From NCBI GenBank assembly GCA_036337435.1, contig JAYZEG010000030.1, forward strand, positions 25,160-89,159: DNA of 64,000 nt, given 5' to 3'. Source of the stretch: Myxococcota bacterium. GTDB lineage: Bacteria > Myxococcota_A > Bradymonadia > UBA7976 > UBA1532. The number at the start of each line of letters is the position of its first letter. The stretch's first letter is position 1. Below the pieces are notes generated by a model that made no database searches, was not told the DNA's origin, and saw only the letters and a list, made by a program, of their open reading frames with translations. Position numbers and translations under genes: made by a program. This document shows, one piece after another, positions 1 to 9,392 of this stretch.

Positions 1-361
1 GATTTGTCTTCAATTTCAGTGCTGGCCAATTGGAACGCTCAGCTTGTAGTTCGGCCACCAAGACTCGGATTTGCGATGCATCTTTTGGACCTTGGCTGAT
101 ATAGCGTCGATAATATGCGATCGCTTGACCATAATCGTACATCTCTTTGTACACATTGCCGATATACTTGAGCATGACCGGATGTGGAGACTCTGCGTTC
201 GCTTTCTTGAAGGCGTCCAACGCAGTAGCATACCGTTTTGCCTTGAATTCCAAGTTGCCCTGTTTGAACAGTGCTTTCGCCTTTTCCTTGCTACCCTGCG
301 CCGAAACCACCGTTGGGATAGACGAAAACATCACCAACAAACCAAGAAACAGCATTCGCAT
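1..361 (-). CDS. Secreted TPR-like repeat protein, N-terminal part (CDS runs off the window start)
   Basis: Absent from the ORF track because it has no stop inside the window. Hand translation of the reverse strand from ATG (359-361) gives MRMLFLGLLVMFSSIPTVVSAQGSKEKAKALFKQGNLEFKAKRYATALDAFKKANAE...NVYKEMYDYGQAIAYYRRYI. That is a signal-peptide-like N-terminus followed by TPR-like helix pairs, open to position 1. Confidence 0.6.
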   Translation of the reverse strand, partial: MRMLFLGLLVMFSSIPTVVSAQGSKEKAKALFKQGNLEFKAKRYATALDAFKKANAESPHPVMLKYIGNVYKEMYDYGQAIAYYRRYISQGPKDASQIRVLVAELQAERSNWPALKLKTN

Positions 362-666
362 AGGTTTAAGCCCTCACTTTCACCGCTGATGACCTTAAGG
401 CTGCCAAGAAGTGGCACACTGCTGCAAGCCTAACTTTAAATCGATTCCTTGGCCACAAATCCAACGATTTTAGGGGGTAAAATCTTATGGGGCGAAAATA
501 GGCGAAAACAAGGCCAATAACAGGACTGACCACAAGGACATTTAAGCGGACAGTTCTTGGAGTCATGGCAGGCTGGGCATTCGGGGTTCTTTGGCGGCTC
601 AACCCAGCCCTTCGGTGGGCTAACGGATCGACTCATCCCCGGCCGTATCCCGCCTTTTTCCCGTCA

Positions 667-3108
667 TCAATCGTAGGGATTATCCATGGTGTTTTTTGGC
701 TTTTTGGCACGTCTTTTCTTGACCGCTTTTTTCACTTGTGTGCGATTCGGCCTCGGGTTGACCTGTGACGGTTTCGGCGGGGTCGCTGGCTTGGGTGCAA
801 TCGTTTTGGCCGGTGCCACTGTCGGCGCCGCCTTTGAATTTTTGACCGCATTCGATTGACGCGGCGTCGTTCGCGGTGCGCGCACCTTTCTCAGACCCGA
901 CTTGGCCTCTCTGACCACTGCGGGGACAAATTGCCCGTCCTTTTCCGGTAGAAGGGCCGCATCGGGTTCCACGGTGACCTTCTTTTGCGCGGCCTTGACG
1001 AGAACGAGACGAATTTCAATTGGTTGTCCATTGGCAGGAATGGTTTTCGGATCGATCGAGTAATTCGTACTTTGGAAGCCCGCTTTTGTAAGGACGATTT
1101 TAATGGCCTTGTCGCCTTTAACAATTTGGTTGTAAGGCGTCACTCCCTGAGCAACACCGCCGACAGCACCTGTTGCTCCCGGAGGATCGGTCACGACTTT
1201 CAGAACTTTATTGATGATGCGTGCACGCTTGTCACGATCAGCTTTTTGCGAACGCTGCTTCGCGATTCGCAGCTTTTCTTCCTCCTGTGCATGTTCCTGC
1301 ATGACGACCTTCGCAGCGAGGGCCGTGATGACCAAGAGTAGAAAGAGAAAAGCGACCACCCAAGGCCGGCTCAACCCGCCTAGTTTAGGGAGGGCAGCAG
1401 TCTTGCGAGCAAGCCGTTTTTTCTTGTCTTTCTCGGACAAGACCTCGACTTCATCAAAATCGGAAAGAGAGGCCACTGGCGCTTCTGCCCGGCCAGCCAT
1501 TGTAAGCGGCTGATCTCCTATCCCGTCACTGAGTTCGTCGTCGAGCCCAACCAACAGATCATCGGGTAAGAGCGATCCTTTCGATTCGGATTTTAGAACG
1601 CCGTCTCCTGGCTTATCGCCAAACAGGGGCTGACTGCCAACGTCATCGAACGGTGTCGAATCTCCGTCATCTTCACCATCGCCAAGCACGTCGATCACGG
1701 CTGCCATCGCTGCCGTCAAATCTGCTTCATCGGGATCAGATTGATTCGGCTCGGCTTCTTCAGGCTCCGGTTGTCTTGGCGAATCTCGTCGCTCTGCAAT
1801 GGCCTTTTGGAGCTCATCTTTGGAGGTCTCAGCTGTGAAGGCGAGAGGTTCTGGAATGGCACCGACACTGACATCCAGGTCAACCGGCTCTTCATCTTGG
1901 CTCACCGGATTTGGGGCTGAATTCTCGGAGTCACTATCTGATTTTTCAGTCGAACTTACAGCTTCGTCGAATAAGGCAATTAACTCATCATCACCGGCGA
2001 GGGCAACAGTTCGTTCAGCTCGCTCATCATCCAACTGATCGAGTTTGAGCTTGCTTACATCAACAGCCTGAGTTGCATCTGGATCACCCTCGTTAGTCGT
2101 ATCGGCCGAACCTGTTTCATTTGACACGGCCATGGACACGCTGGGCGACGATCTAAGAGCCTTGATGGCTGACGCGAGATCAGTGGCTAGGCCTCTCAGC
2201 CCACCATAGCGTTCGCTCGGCTTCTTTTTGAGACACTGTTCAATGATTTCGCACAATTCTGTGGGGACTGTGGGCACTCGATCTTGGATGGGTTTGGCAT
2301 CGGATTCAACGATCGCTTTCAGCAGTTGGTCAGGTGTTGCGCCGAAAAAGGGTAGTGCGCCTGTCAGCAGCAAATACCCAATCACACCCAGTGTGAATTG
2401 ATCAGACGCGAGGTGAACGGCTTCGCCGGCTGCTTGCTCGGGACTGAAATATTTGGGTGATCCGACGACTTGACGTTCACCGGAAAGGTGGTGCGCACCG
2501 AAGATGACGGGTGAACCGACATCAACAATGCGGACGACCCGCTTACCGTCCACTTCATGGACGAACACGTTCTCCGGTTTGAGGTTGGCATGGGGCCGAC
2601 CTGCCCGGTGAATGGGCGCAAGTGCGCTGCAGAGCTGGAAAAGGATGTCTGCAGTCTTAGTGGGACTGAGTCGACCCGATTGCTTGAGGACATCCCGTAA
2701 AGTCTGCCCTTCGACAAATTCTGTAATAATAAACGTGGTTCCGTCCGGGAGTCGATTGGCACCTAAGATGGTCGCAACTTTTGCATGCCTCACCTTCGAT
2801 GCTTCTTTGGCCCATCTCAGCAAGTCCGGTCCAAAGGTCGCCGCGACATCAGCGTGCAGGACTTTAACGGCAACACGTCGATTAGAGGCATCATCGACCG
2901 CCTCATAAACGACGCCAATCTCGCCGGACCCTAAGTTCCGTCTCAGAACGAAGTTTTTACCGAGACGCCGCCCTAACAGCGGATCGGTCTCGCCGGCGGA
3001 TTGTCCTGGGAGCTCAACTCCGCATGATTCACAGACCGTTGCCGCGACTGGATTCTCGTGACCACATTTAGAACACGCCAACATCGACATGAACCTCTCA
3101 AATATCAT
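667..3108 (-). CDS. Ser/Thr protein kinase-like protein: N-terminal zinc ribbon, kinase fold (HAN instead of HRD), acidic linker, one TM segment, PEGA-like C-terminal domain and basic tail
   Basis: 813-aa ORF. Motifs seen: CSKCGHENPVAATVCESCG zinc ribbon; LGSGEIGVVY Gly loop; VAVKVL; HANLKPENVF; DVG; SPEQ. A long D/E-rich region is followed by hydrophobic WVVAFLFLLLVITALAA, then VVTDPPGA...IVLTKAGFQSTNYSIDP (PEGA-like). Confidence 0.85.
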   Translation of the reverse strand: MIFERFMSMLACSKCGHENPVAATVCESCGVELPGQSAGETDPLLGRRLGKNFVLRRNLGSGEIGVVYEAVDDASNRRVAVKVLHADVAATFGPDLLRWAKEASKVRHAKVATILGANRLPDGTTFIITEFVEGQTLRDVLKQSGRLSPTKTADILFQLCSALAPIHRAGRPHANLKPENVFVHEVDGKRVVRIVDVGSPVIFGAHHLSGERQVVGSPKYFSPEQAAGEAVHLASDQFTLGVIGYLLLTGALPFFGATPDQLLKAIVESDAKPIQDRVPTVPTELCEIIEQCLKKKPSERYGGLRGLATDLASAIKALRSSPSVSMAVSNETGSADTTNEGDPDATQAVDVSKLKLDQLDDERAERTVALAGDDELIALFDEAVSSTEKSDSDSENSAPNPVSQDEEPVDLDVSVGAIPEPLAFTAETSKDELQKAIAERRDSPRQPEPEEAEPNQSDPDEADLTAAMAAVIDVLGDGEDDGDSTPFDDVGSQPLFGDKPGDGVLKSESKGSLLPDDLLVGLDDELSDGIGDQPLTMAGRAEAPVASLSDFDEVEVLSEKDKKKRLARKTAALPKLGGLSRPWVVAFLFLLLVITALAAKVVMQEHAQEEEKLRIAKQRSQKADRDKRARIINKVLKVVTDPPGATGAVGGVAQGVTPYNQIVKGDKAIKIVLTKAGFQSTNYSIDPKTIPANGQPIEIRLVLVKAAQKKVTVEPDAALLPEKDGQFVPAVVREAKSGLRKVRAPRTTPRQSNAVKNSKAAPTVAPAKTIAPKPATPPKPSQVNPRPNRTQVKKAVKKRRAKKPKNTMDNPYD

Positions 3109-3281
3109 TTAGCCCAGTGTCCTTTATAGCATCGGACAGTGAGGTGGAAAAGAACACTTCAATCTGTCGAGCCGCGATGGACGGAGAAAGCGCGTCTTAT
3201 CGGGATGCCCCAAATGTCGAAAAGTTCCGAAAAACGAAAAGAAAGCAGTGTCGAGTTGACCGTTGGATCAGGTCCGAGAAC

Positions 3282-3309
3282 AAAAAAAACCACCGTCGAA
3301 ACGGTGGTT
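3282..3309 (-). terminator. Rho-independent terminator after tRNA-Leu
   Basis: On the minus strand a 9-bp perfect stem (AACCACCGT/ACGGTGGTT) with a 4-nt loop is followed directly by a run of about 8 T. It lies 5 nt downstream of the tRNA 3' end. Confidence 0.8.
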
Positions 3310-3313
3310 ATAG

Positions 3314-3398
3314 TGCGAAGAGGGGGAGTCGAACCCCCACGGCCTTATCGGCCACTAGGCCCTCAACCTAGCGTGTCTACCAGTTTCACCACCTTCGC
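3314..3398 (-). tRNA. tRNA-Leu (anticodon GAG), class II with long variable arm; CCA not encoded
   Basis: The reverse complement reads GCGAAGGTGGTGAAACTGGTAGACACGCTAGGTTGAGGGCCTAGTGGCCGATAAGGCCGTGGGGGTTCGACTCCCCCTCTTCGCA. It has a 7-bp acceptor stem (one G-U), anticodon stem CTAGG/CCTAG with loop TTGAGGG, T arm GGGGG-TTCGACT-CCCCC, and a long extra arm typical of Leu. Confidence 0.9.
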
Positions 3399-3543
3399 AG
3401 AGTCAGGCGGGTTTTGTCTCACGAAGTGAGTCTCGGGTCAAGTCTCCGCTCTACACAAAACAAGCGATGATTGACGCTGTCAAAAAAACACGGGCTGTTC
3501 AGTCATCTCAGCATGTACTGGGTCAGAGTACCCGCTTCGTGGC

Positions 3544-4026
3544 TTACTGCGGTGCCGGCGTACCCTCTGGTTTGGATGGCGTGGGTGCGGTGTCGGACGC
3601 AGCAGGTGCATTCCCCGCCGGCGCGCTCGCACCCTCGGGCTGAGGAGACGCGGCGCCTTGCTCTGACTCACCTGCCTTCTGGGCGTCTTCTGCTTTCTTG
3701 GCTTCTTCCGCCTTCTTAGCCTCTTCCGCCTTCTTAGCCTCTTCTGCGTCCAGTCGTGCATTTTCAGCGGCAGCGGCTTTTTCTTCTGCCGTTGCTGTGG
3801 GCGAGGAGAAGATGGCTAAAGCCATACTTGTGACCATAAACGTCGCCGCGGTGAAGGCTGTGAATTTTGTGAGTGCGGTCGCGGCACTTCGCGTTCCCAG
3901 AGCAGCACCAGCACCACCACCAAATGCCGCGCTCACTCCGCCGCCTTTGCCTGCTTGAAGCAGAATAACAAGGATCAGGGCTAGACAAGCCAAAACATGA
4001 ATAACGATTACGATGTTCTCAAGCAT
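3544..4026 (-). CDS. secG: Preprotein translocase subunit SecG with a low-complexity C-terminal extension of about 85 aa
   Basis: The N-terminal 75 aa ([30 protein letters not shown]...FTAATFMVTSMALAIF) has the SecG two-TM pattern with a Gly-rich loop. It sits in the conserved position after tpiA and before tRNA-Leu. Its start overlaps the tpiA stop (TAATG). Confidence 0.85.
   Translation of the reverse strand: MLENIVIVIHVLACLALILVILLQAGKGGGVSAAFGGGAGAALGTRSAATALTKFTAFTAATFMVTSMALAIFSSPTATAEEKAAAAENARLDAEEAKKAEEAKKAEEAKKAEDAQKAGESEQGAASPQPEGASAPAGNAPAASDTAPTPSKPEGTPAPQ
3673..3744 (-). repeat. In-frame 18-bp tandem repeat encoding (EEAKKA)x3 plus a degenerate fourth unit EDAQKA in the SecG tail
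   Basis: Units at 3727-3744, 3709-3726 and 3691-3708 each translate to EEAKKA. The plus strand reads ...gcttcttccgccttcttagcctcttccgccttcttagcctcttc... Confidence 0.85.
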
Positions 4027-4793
4027 TAGTCGATGTCCTCTCGGTGCGCGACAATTTGCACAAAGCTGTCAGCGGTTAAACTCGCTCCGCCGACAAGGGC
4101 GCCGTCTATATCATGCTCTGCCATCAGATCGCGAACATTATTTGGCTTAACGCTACCGCCATACTGAATGCGGACACGCTGGGCAACGGATTCACCGTGA
4201 TGCCTCGAAATAATTTCTCTAATATTTCTGTGCACTTCCTGGGCCTGAGCCGGCGTTGCAGTACGACCAGTACCAATGGCCCAAACCGGCTCATATGCGA
4301 TTACCGAGGCGGCAACTTCATCGTCATTTAGGTCAGAAATTGCCGTTAAAAGCTGCTGGGACACAACATTTATGGTTTGTTCAGACTCTCGTTGGTCCAA
4401 AGTCTCGCCGATACAAATGATGGGGATTACGCCGTGATCGTGAAGGCTACGGGCCTTCTGACCAACGGCTTCATCGGTTTCACCAAAAAGTTGCCTTCGT
4501 TCGCTGTGACCTACGATCGTGTAAGCACAACCCGCTTCTTTAATCTGGGCTGGTGCCAATTCTCCTGTGAAGGCTCCTTTGTCTGCCCAGTGGCAATTTT
4601 GTGCGGCAACCTGTACAGACGACCCTTCCAGCCTCTTCACAATGGGCCAAATCATCATCGCCTGCGGCGCGAGCACGACATCGATATCTCGATAACGACC
4701 ACAACGATCTCGAATTGTACTCGCCAATGCGACCCCATCAGCGATGGAGAGGTTCATTTTCCAATTTCCGGCCATAATTGGTCGACGATTCAT
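4026..4793 (-). CDS. tpiA: Triosephosphate isomerase
   Basis: 255 aa. Motifs: [32 protein letters not shown]. There is a 4-nt ATGA overlap with pgk. Confidence 0.95.
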   Translation of the reverse strand: MNRRPIMAGNWKMNLSIADGVALASTIRDRCGRYRDIDVVLAPQAMMIWPIVKRLEGSSVQVAAQNCHWADKGAFTGELAPAQIKEAGCAYTIVGHSERRQLFGETDEAVGQKARSLHDHGVIPIICIGETLDQRESEQTINVVSQQLLTAISDLNDDEVAASVIAYEPVWAIGTGRTATPAQAQEVHRNIREIISRHHGESVAQRVRIQYGGSVKPNNVRDLMAEHDIDGALVGGASLTADSFVQIVAHREDID

Positions 4794-6001
4794 TCTTCCC
4801 TCCGAATACCCAATGCTCGCAGGCCAGGTAACTCACGGCCTTCCATAAATTCAAGACTCGCGCCACCGCCAGTCGAAATATGGTCTATTTCATCAGAAAA
4901 ACCACCTTCCACGACAGCACGAACAGAGTCGCCCCCTCCGACAACCGTCCAACCCGGACACTCAGCAACGGCGTCAGCAACAACTTGAGTTCCACGGGCA
5001 AACGGCGCAAATTCAAAAACACCCATTGGGCCATTCCAAAAGACGGTACGAGCAGACTGAAGCACAGATGCATACGCCGCCGCTGTTTTTGGTCCAATGT
5101 CCAAGCCCATGAGTTCAGGCGAAATGTCCGGTGTATCGACGACTTTTCGACTGGCATTCGGGCTGAATTCAGTGGCAGCGATATGGTCGACGGGTAGTCC
5201 AATATGAACCCCACGCTGTGCGGCCAGTTCCATGATTCGCTTCGCCGTCGGCAGATGCTCTTCTTCAATGCGACTTGCACCGATTTTATGGCCCTGAGCA
5301 GCCAGAAAGGTATAGGCCATAGCACCGCCGATCAAAATCCGTTCGACGCGTGCCAATAAGTTTTCGATGACAGCAATTTTGTCACTGACTTTCGCGCCAC
5401 CAAGAACGGCGACGAATCCTAGACGGTTAGCATCAAGGACACGTTCGAGCGCCTTGACCTCTTTGGCGATTAAGAATCCTGCAGCCTTGTCTCGCATGTG
5501 CTGGGCAACACCTGCCGTGCTAGAATGAGCTCGATGTGCCGTCCCAAATGCGTCATTAACGTAGCAATCGGCTAGAGCAGCAAGATGCCTTGAAAGATGC
5601 TCATCATTTTTGGTCTCACCTGGATGAAACCTGATGTTTTCGAGGAGAACAACTTGGCCATCCCGGATTTCTTTTGAAAGCCGTGTGGCCGTCTCGCCGA
5701 TGGGCTGGTCCGTGAGCAAAACCTCCTTATCGAGAAGTTCTGCGAGACGCTCACCAACGGGTGCCAAGGAGAGGGCTTCGTTATGCTGACCCTTTGGACG
5801 GCCCAAGTGGCTTACGAGAATCAGTGCCGCATCTCGGTCAAGGGCATGCTGAATAGTCGGTATCGCCGCGCGAATGCGGCTGTCATCGGCAACGCGGCCA
5901 TCTTTTAGTGGGCAATTAAAATCGACCCGCATGAGAGTTTTCCGACCCTCGATTGGTAATTCATCGATCAATGTCATCTGATGGCCGGACCGATTGTTCA
6001 T
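4790..6001 (-). CDS. pgk: Phosphoglycerate kinase
   Basis: 403 aa. Motifs: [42 protein letters not shown]. Confidence 0.95.
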   Translation of the reverse strand: MNNRSGHQMTLIDELPIEGRKTLMRVDFNCPLKDGRVADDSRIRAAIPTIQHALDRDAALILVSHLGRPKGQHNEALSLAPVGERLAELLDKEVLLTDQPIGETATRLSKEIRDGQVVLLENIRFHPGETKNDEHLSRHLAALADCYVNDAFGTAHRAHSSTAGVAQHMRDKAAGFLIAKEVKALERVLDANRLGFVAVLGGAKVSDKIAVIENLLARVERILIGGAMAYTFLAAQGHKIGASRIEEEHLPTAKRIMELAAQRGVHIGLPVDHIAATEFSPNASRKVVDTPDISPELMGLDIGPKTAAAYASVLQSARTVFWNGPMGVFEFAPFARGTQVVADAVAECPGWTVVGGGDSVRAVVEGGFSDEIDHISTGGGASLEFMEGRELPGLRALGIRREE

Positions 6002-6004
6002 AGA

Positions 6005-7018
6005 CTAAATACCTTGCAACATGAGCCTGGCTAGGTCGACCATACGACAGCTAAAGCCCCATTCGTTGTCATACCAACTCAAAATCTTAACAGTGCGTCC
6101 ACCGATCACCATGACGTTTTCCGCATCGACGATGGAGCTGTTCGGATTGCCGATGTAGTCGGTGCTTACCAGTGGTTTGTCTTCGATAGCAAGTACCCCG
6201 TTCAAACTGCCATCAACAGCTGATCGAAGTGCACCGAGAACAGCGTCTGCCGTGACATCGGTATTCACATCGGCAACCAGGTCAACCAAAGACACGTTTG
6301 GTGTCGGAACACGCACTGCGATGCCGTCTAATTTTCCTGCCAAATGCGGCATGACGAGACCGATGGCCTTCGCGGCACCCGTACTGGTTGGTACCATCGA
6401 AACGGCTGCTGCTCGACCGCGACGGAGATCCGAATGAGGTAAATCCAGAAGTCGCTGATCATTGGTGTAACTGTGAATGGTTGTGACAAGACCATGATTG
6501 AGGCCGAACGCTTCGTCCAATACCTTCACGACGGGTGCCAGACAATTTGTCGTACAACTCCCATTGGAGACGACTCGATGCGTGCTCATGTCTAATGTGT
6601 CATCATTGACACCCATAACGATAGTCGCATCGACCGGCCCCTTCGCAGGCGCACTCAAGATCACCGCTTTAGCGCCGGCACTCAGATGGCCTCCAGCGCT
6701 GTCTTTATTGCGAAACACACCTGTGCACTCAAGAACGAGCTCGACGCCCAGTTCACCCCATGGGATATCGGCTGGGTTGCGCTCCGCAAAAGTGGGTACG
6801 CGTCGGTCATTTACAATGATCGCCTTGTCCTCAACGCGGACAGACTTAGAGAACCGTCCATGAACCGAGTCGAACTCGAGGAGATGGGCGAGAGTTGCTG
6901 GGTCCGTGAGGTCATTTATGCCGACAACCTCGATGTCAGCTACATCCTCGAGAATTCGGAAGACCATTCGGCCGATTCGGCCGAATCCGTTAATGGCTAT
7001 ACGTCGTGTCATTATCAT
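6005..7018 (-). CDS. gap: Type I glyceraldehyde-3-phosphate dehydrogenase
   Basis: 337 aa. Motifs: INGFGRIGR, SNGSCTTNCLAP, WYDNEWG. Confidence 0.95.
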   Translation of the reverse strand: MIMTRRIAINGFGRIGRMVFRILEDVADIEVVGINDLTDPATLAHLLEFDSVHGRFSKSVRVEDKAIIVNDRRVPTFAERNPADIPWGELGVELVLECTGVFRNKDSAGGHLSAGAKAVILSAPAKGPVDATIVMGVNDDTLDMSTHRVVSNGSCTTNCLAPVVKVLDEAFGLNHGLVTTIHSYTNDQRLLDLPHSDLRRGRAAAVSMVPTSTGAAKAIGLVMPHLAGKLDGIAVRVPTPNVSLVDLVADVNTDVTADAVLGALRSAVDGSLNGVLAIEDKPLVSTDYIGNPNSSIVDAENVMVIGGRTVKILSWYDNEWGFSCRMVDLARLMLQGI

Positions 7019-7172
7019 TGCCTTGTCTAGATTTAGCGATGGTCACTCAGTTTTGAGTGACGCCCCTTGGTTTAGATCGGGGGCGAACCTATCGATCTTT
7101 ATTGGAACAGTCAACATATACCCCTGAACTTTCGCTCATTCCATGGTAGGGAGCTTTTTTAGGAGTAACACG

Positions 7173-8969
7173 ATGCCTAACGATCAATCACACGATGAGC
7201 GTGTCATTCAATTCCGAAAGTCGTTTAGACGGAAGCGACTTGAATTTGTCCGAGAACACGGGATCTGTTCTTATGATCAGGCAGAAACGCTCTATATCTG
7301 TCGCAATACGGGTCGTGAGATCGTCATTACCGATGCTTTCTTCAGCGGCGAGCAGTCAGAGTCTGTAGAGATCTTACTCAATTCATTGAAAACCATATGG
7401 TGGCCTGGTCGACTTGGATTTAAAAGCGACGAGGACGGACTCGATTTGGCGCCGATTGCCGGCGTTTATGCGCGGTTTTTGCCGGAAGTTGGCTTTGATT
7501 ACACCATCGAGTTTTCAGCAATTGAAGACACGGAACAACCGGTTCGTTGCTGGCGAGTCGACGGTCGGGGCAAAGCAGCGAAACTCAAGGCACCACTCAA
7601 TGAAGGCATGTTTCATGGACAAACGGGTACGTTCTACCAATTGCGATCTGGCTGGCGTTGGCTCTGCTCAGAACTGACTAAGGATGGGCACCTGCGGGTC
7701 GAAGAAGTTGAGAGCGGATACTACATTGGCGTCAGACGTGGCGTCCCTGGCGATCCGGATCCGGCTGCTCGCATCGATGAACAGCTAGAGGCCGCCTTTA
7801 GCCAAACCCACGACTATGGGTTTGACCTCCTCGAGTTTATTGGGTCTCAGCAAGCAGCACTGTATCCGTTTCAATCAGAGCGATATCACACTTGGCTCAA
7901 TGAATTCACCGAGCCTGTTCGCTCTGGAGAAATCGATTTGTTCGCGCTCGTGCGCTCCGCATCTTTCGAGGCCACGGTACTCGAACTCTGCGACATTAAA
8001 GGCTGTGAGGTGGACCTTCAATCCAACGACGACCAATTTATTGGGCTGATTCGTCAAGGACCTGTATCCATTGAACTCGATCTTGGCCGGCTTTTGATTC
8101 GTGGCATTCACACGGGTCGGACCCTCAGCCGAACAGCCAATGACTTTGTTGGACCTCATATTGACGACCTCGTGGATGCCAACAGTCTCTTTGAGGCACT
8201 CCGTCAACGCCTGAGCCAATACAGACTCGAAATCGAGGGGAAAACGACCTTGGTTATCAACGATGGTGAACAAACCTTGGGCACCTGGAATCTATTGGGT
8301 TTCGTTGGTCAACAAACTGGAGTTGGACACGATTATGTCGATGGAATTTTGAGATTGATGGGATTCGACCCAGACACGGGCAGTCGTCTCCAGCGACAAC
8401 ATTCCCTTGACTCGTGTCCGGTCTGTGGGCGAGAGGCTCAAATTAGCAAGCTGATCAGACCGGCACGGCGTTTGGGTCGTATAGACGAATCGATCGCATC
8501 GATAAAACTCGGAGAGCACTTGGTTTATTATACGACCGCATGTCAATTTCATTCGACACCGGTCGACGGGACACATTTAAACGATCTCGATGCCCTAGAA
8601 GCAGCCTATAAAGCGAGTCAAGAAAACGCAGTGACAACTGTCATTCATCAAGAAAGCATCGATAATGGGTCAGCCGAAATGGTCATCGGGTTTGATGCAG
8701 GATCCCTGCTGCTTGAACCTGGCCGGATACACGCGCTCCGCTCTTTTCTTAATCTCCCCGAAGCAGAATCATGCCACGCGTACGGTTTATATCCGGATGC
8801 GCTTCTGCTTGCGCCCAAGTCGCTGACCATTGACGAGCGCAGGCGCGCCACCAGCCTCGCGCAAGAATACTTAGAAAAACTCTATCCTGAACGGGTTGTG
8901 CCTTTGGACGTAGGCCGTGAAATCAGTCTCAACATACCTCCGCTGGGTACGGTCGAGTGGCAGCAATGA
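7173..8969 (+). CDS. Hypothetical protein (598 aa from the AGGAG-preceded ATG), no domain recognised
   Basis: The long ORF runs 7143..8969. The ATG at 7173 is preceded by AGGAG at proper spacing. Composition looks like a soluble protein. The only motif noticed is CPVCG...C..H near residue 440. Confidence 0.7.
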   Translation: MPNDQSHDERVIQFRKSFRRKRLEFVREHGICSYDQAETLYICRNTGREIVITDAFFSGEQSESVEILLNSLKTIWWPGRLGFKSDEDGLDLAPIAGVYARFLPEVGFDYTIEFSAIEDTEQPVRCWRVDGRGKAAKLKAPLNEGMFHGQTGTFYQLRSGWRWLCSELTKDGHLRVEEVESGYYIGVRRGVPGDPDPAARIDEQLEAAFSQTHDYGFDLLEFIGSQQAALYPFQSERYHTWLNEFTEPVRSGEIDLFALVRSASFEATVLELCDIKGCEVDLQSNDDQFIGLIRQGPVSIELDLGRLLIRGIHTGRTLSRTANDFVGPHIDDLVDANSLFEALRQRLSQYRLEIEGKTTLVINDGEQTLGTWNLLGFVGQQTGVGHDYVDGILRLMGFDPDTGSRLQRQHSLDSCPVCGREAQISKLIRPARRLGRIDESIASIKLGEHLVYYTTACQFHSTPVDGTHLNDLDALEAAYKASQENAVTTVIHQESIDNGSAEMVIGFDAGSLLLEPGRIHALRSFLNLPEAESCHAYGLYPDALLLAPKSLTIDERRRATSLAQEYLEKLYPERVVPLDVGREISLNIPPLGTVEWQQ

Positions 8970-9310
8970 CAGGTCTCGCAATCGTCCTGTCGATGGTGCT
9001 AGCAACACCGATAGGCCCTCAATTAATTCAGCAGAACGACGTTGCAGAGGTGAGTGTACAGCCGACCTTCGACCGACGCTTTTCCCCACCGTCGTCGAAA
9101 GCGAAGACGGGTGCGAAACTCTTGTTGGCACTCGGCTTGGGTATCATGGCGGCAGGGTTGGTGGGATTGATGAGCGCATCGGGTTGCCGAACTCGTGATG
9201 AAACCCGGCGATGCATCGATCCTGGTCAAAGCAATGATGCATACCCAGCACTCCTGGTTATCGGCTTTGGAATGTCCATTAGCGCTGGTGCATGGCATCG
9301 GCAATATTGA
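8966..9310 (+). CDS. Small membrane protein (about 114 aa, 3 hydrophobic segments), translationally coupled to the upstream ORF
   Basis: The ATG at 8966 overlaps the upstream TGA (ATGA). Hydrophobic stretches: GLAIVLSMVLA, LLLALGLGIMAAGLVGLM, ALLVIGFGMSISAG. A terminator follows. Confidence 0.55.
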   Translation: MTGLAIVLSMVLATPIGPQLIQQNDVAEVSVQPTFDRRFSPPSSKAKTGAKLLLALGLGIMAAGLVGLMSASGCRTRDETRRCIDPGQSNDAYPALLVIGFGMSISAGAWHRQY

Positions 9311-9329
9311 AGTCGTAGAGCCATTTTAG

Positions 9330-9363
9330 AAAAAAAAAGCCCCGCCGAAGCGAGGCTTTTCTT
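9330..9363. terminator. Bidirectional intrinsic terminator between convergent genes
   Basis: A9 - GCCCCGC CGAA GCGAGGC (6 bp plus one mismatch) - TTTTCTT. The A-run and T-run allow it to act on both strands. Confidence 0.6.
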
Positions 9364-9392
9364 CAAAGGGCATCTCGCCCTTCTTTCAGATA

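Noticed and set aside
3480-3988. ORFs 3480..3761(-), 3698..3958(+) and 3764..3988(-) overlapping secG
   Set aside because: These are low-complexity Arg/Lys-rich or Ala/Ser-rich alternative-frame readings of the secG tail repeat. secG is supported by family features and synteny.
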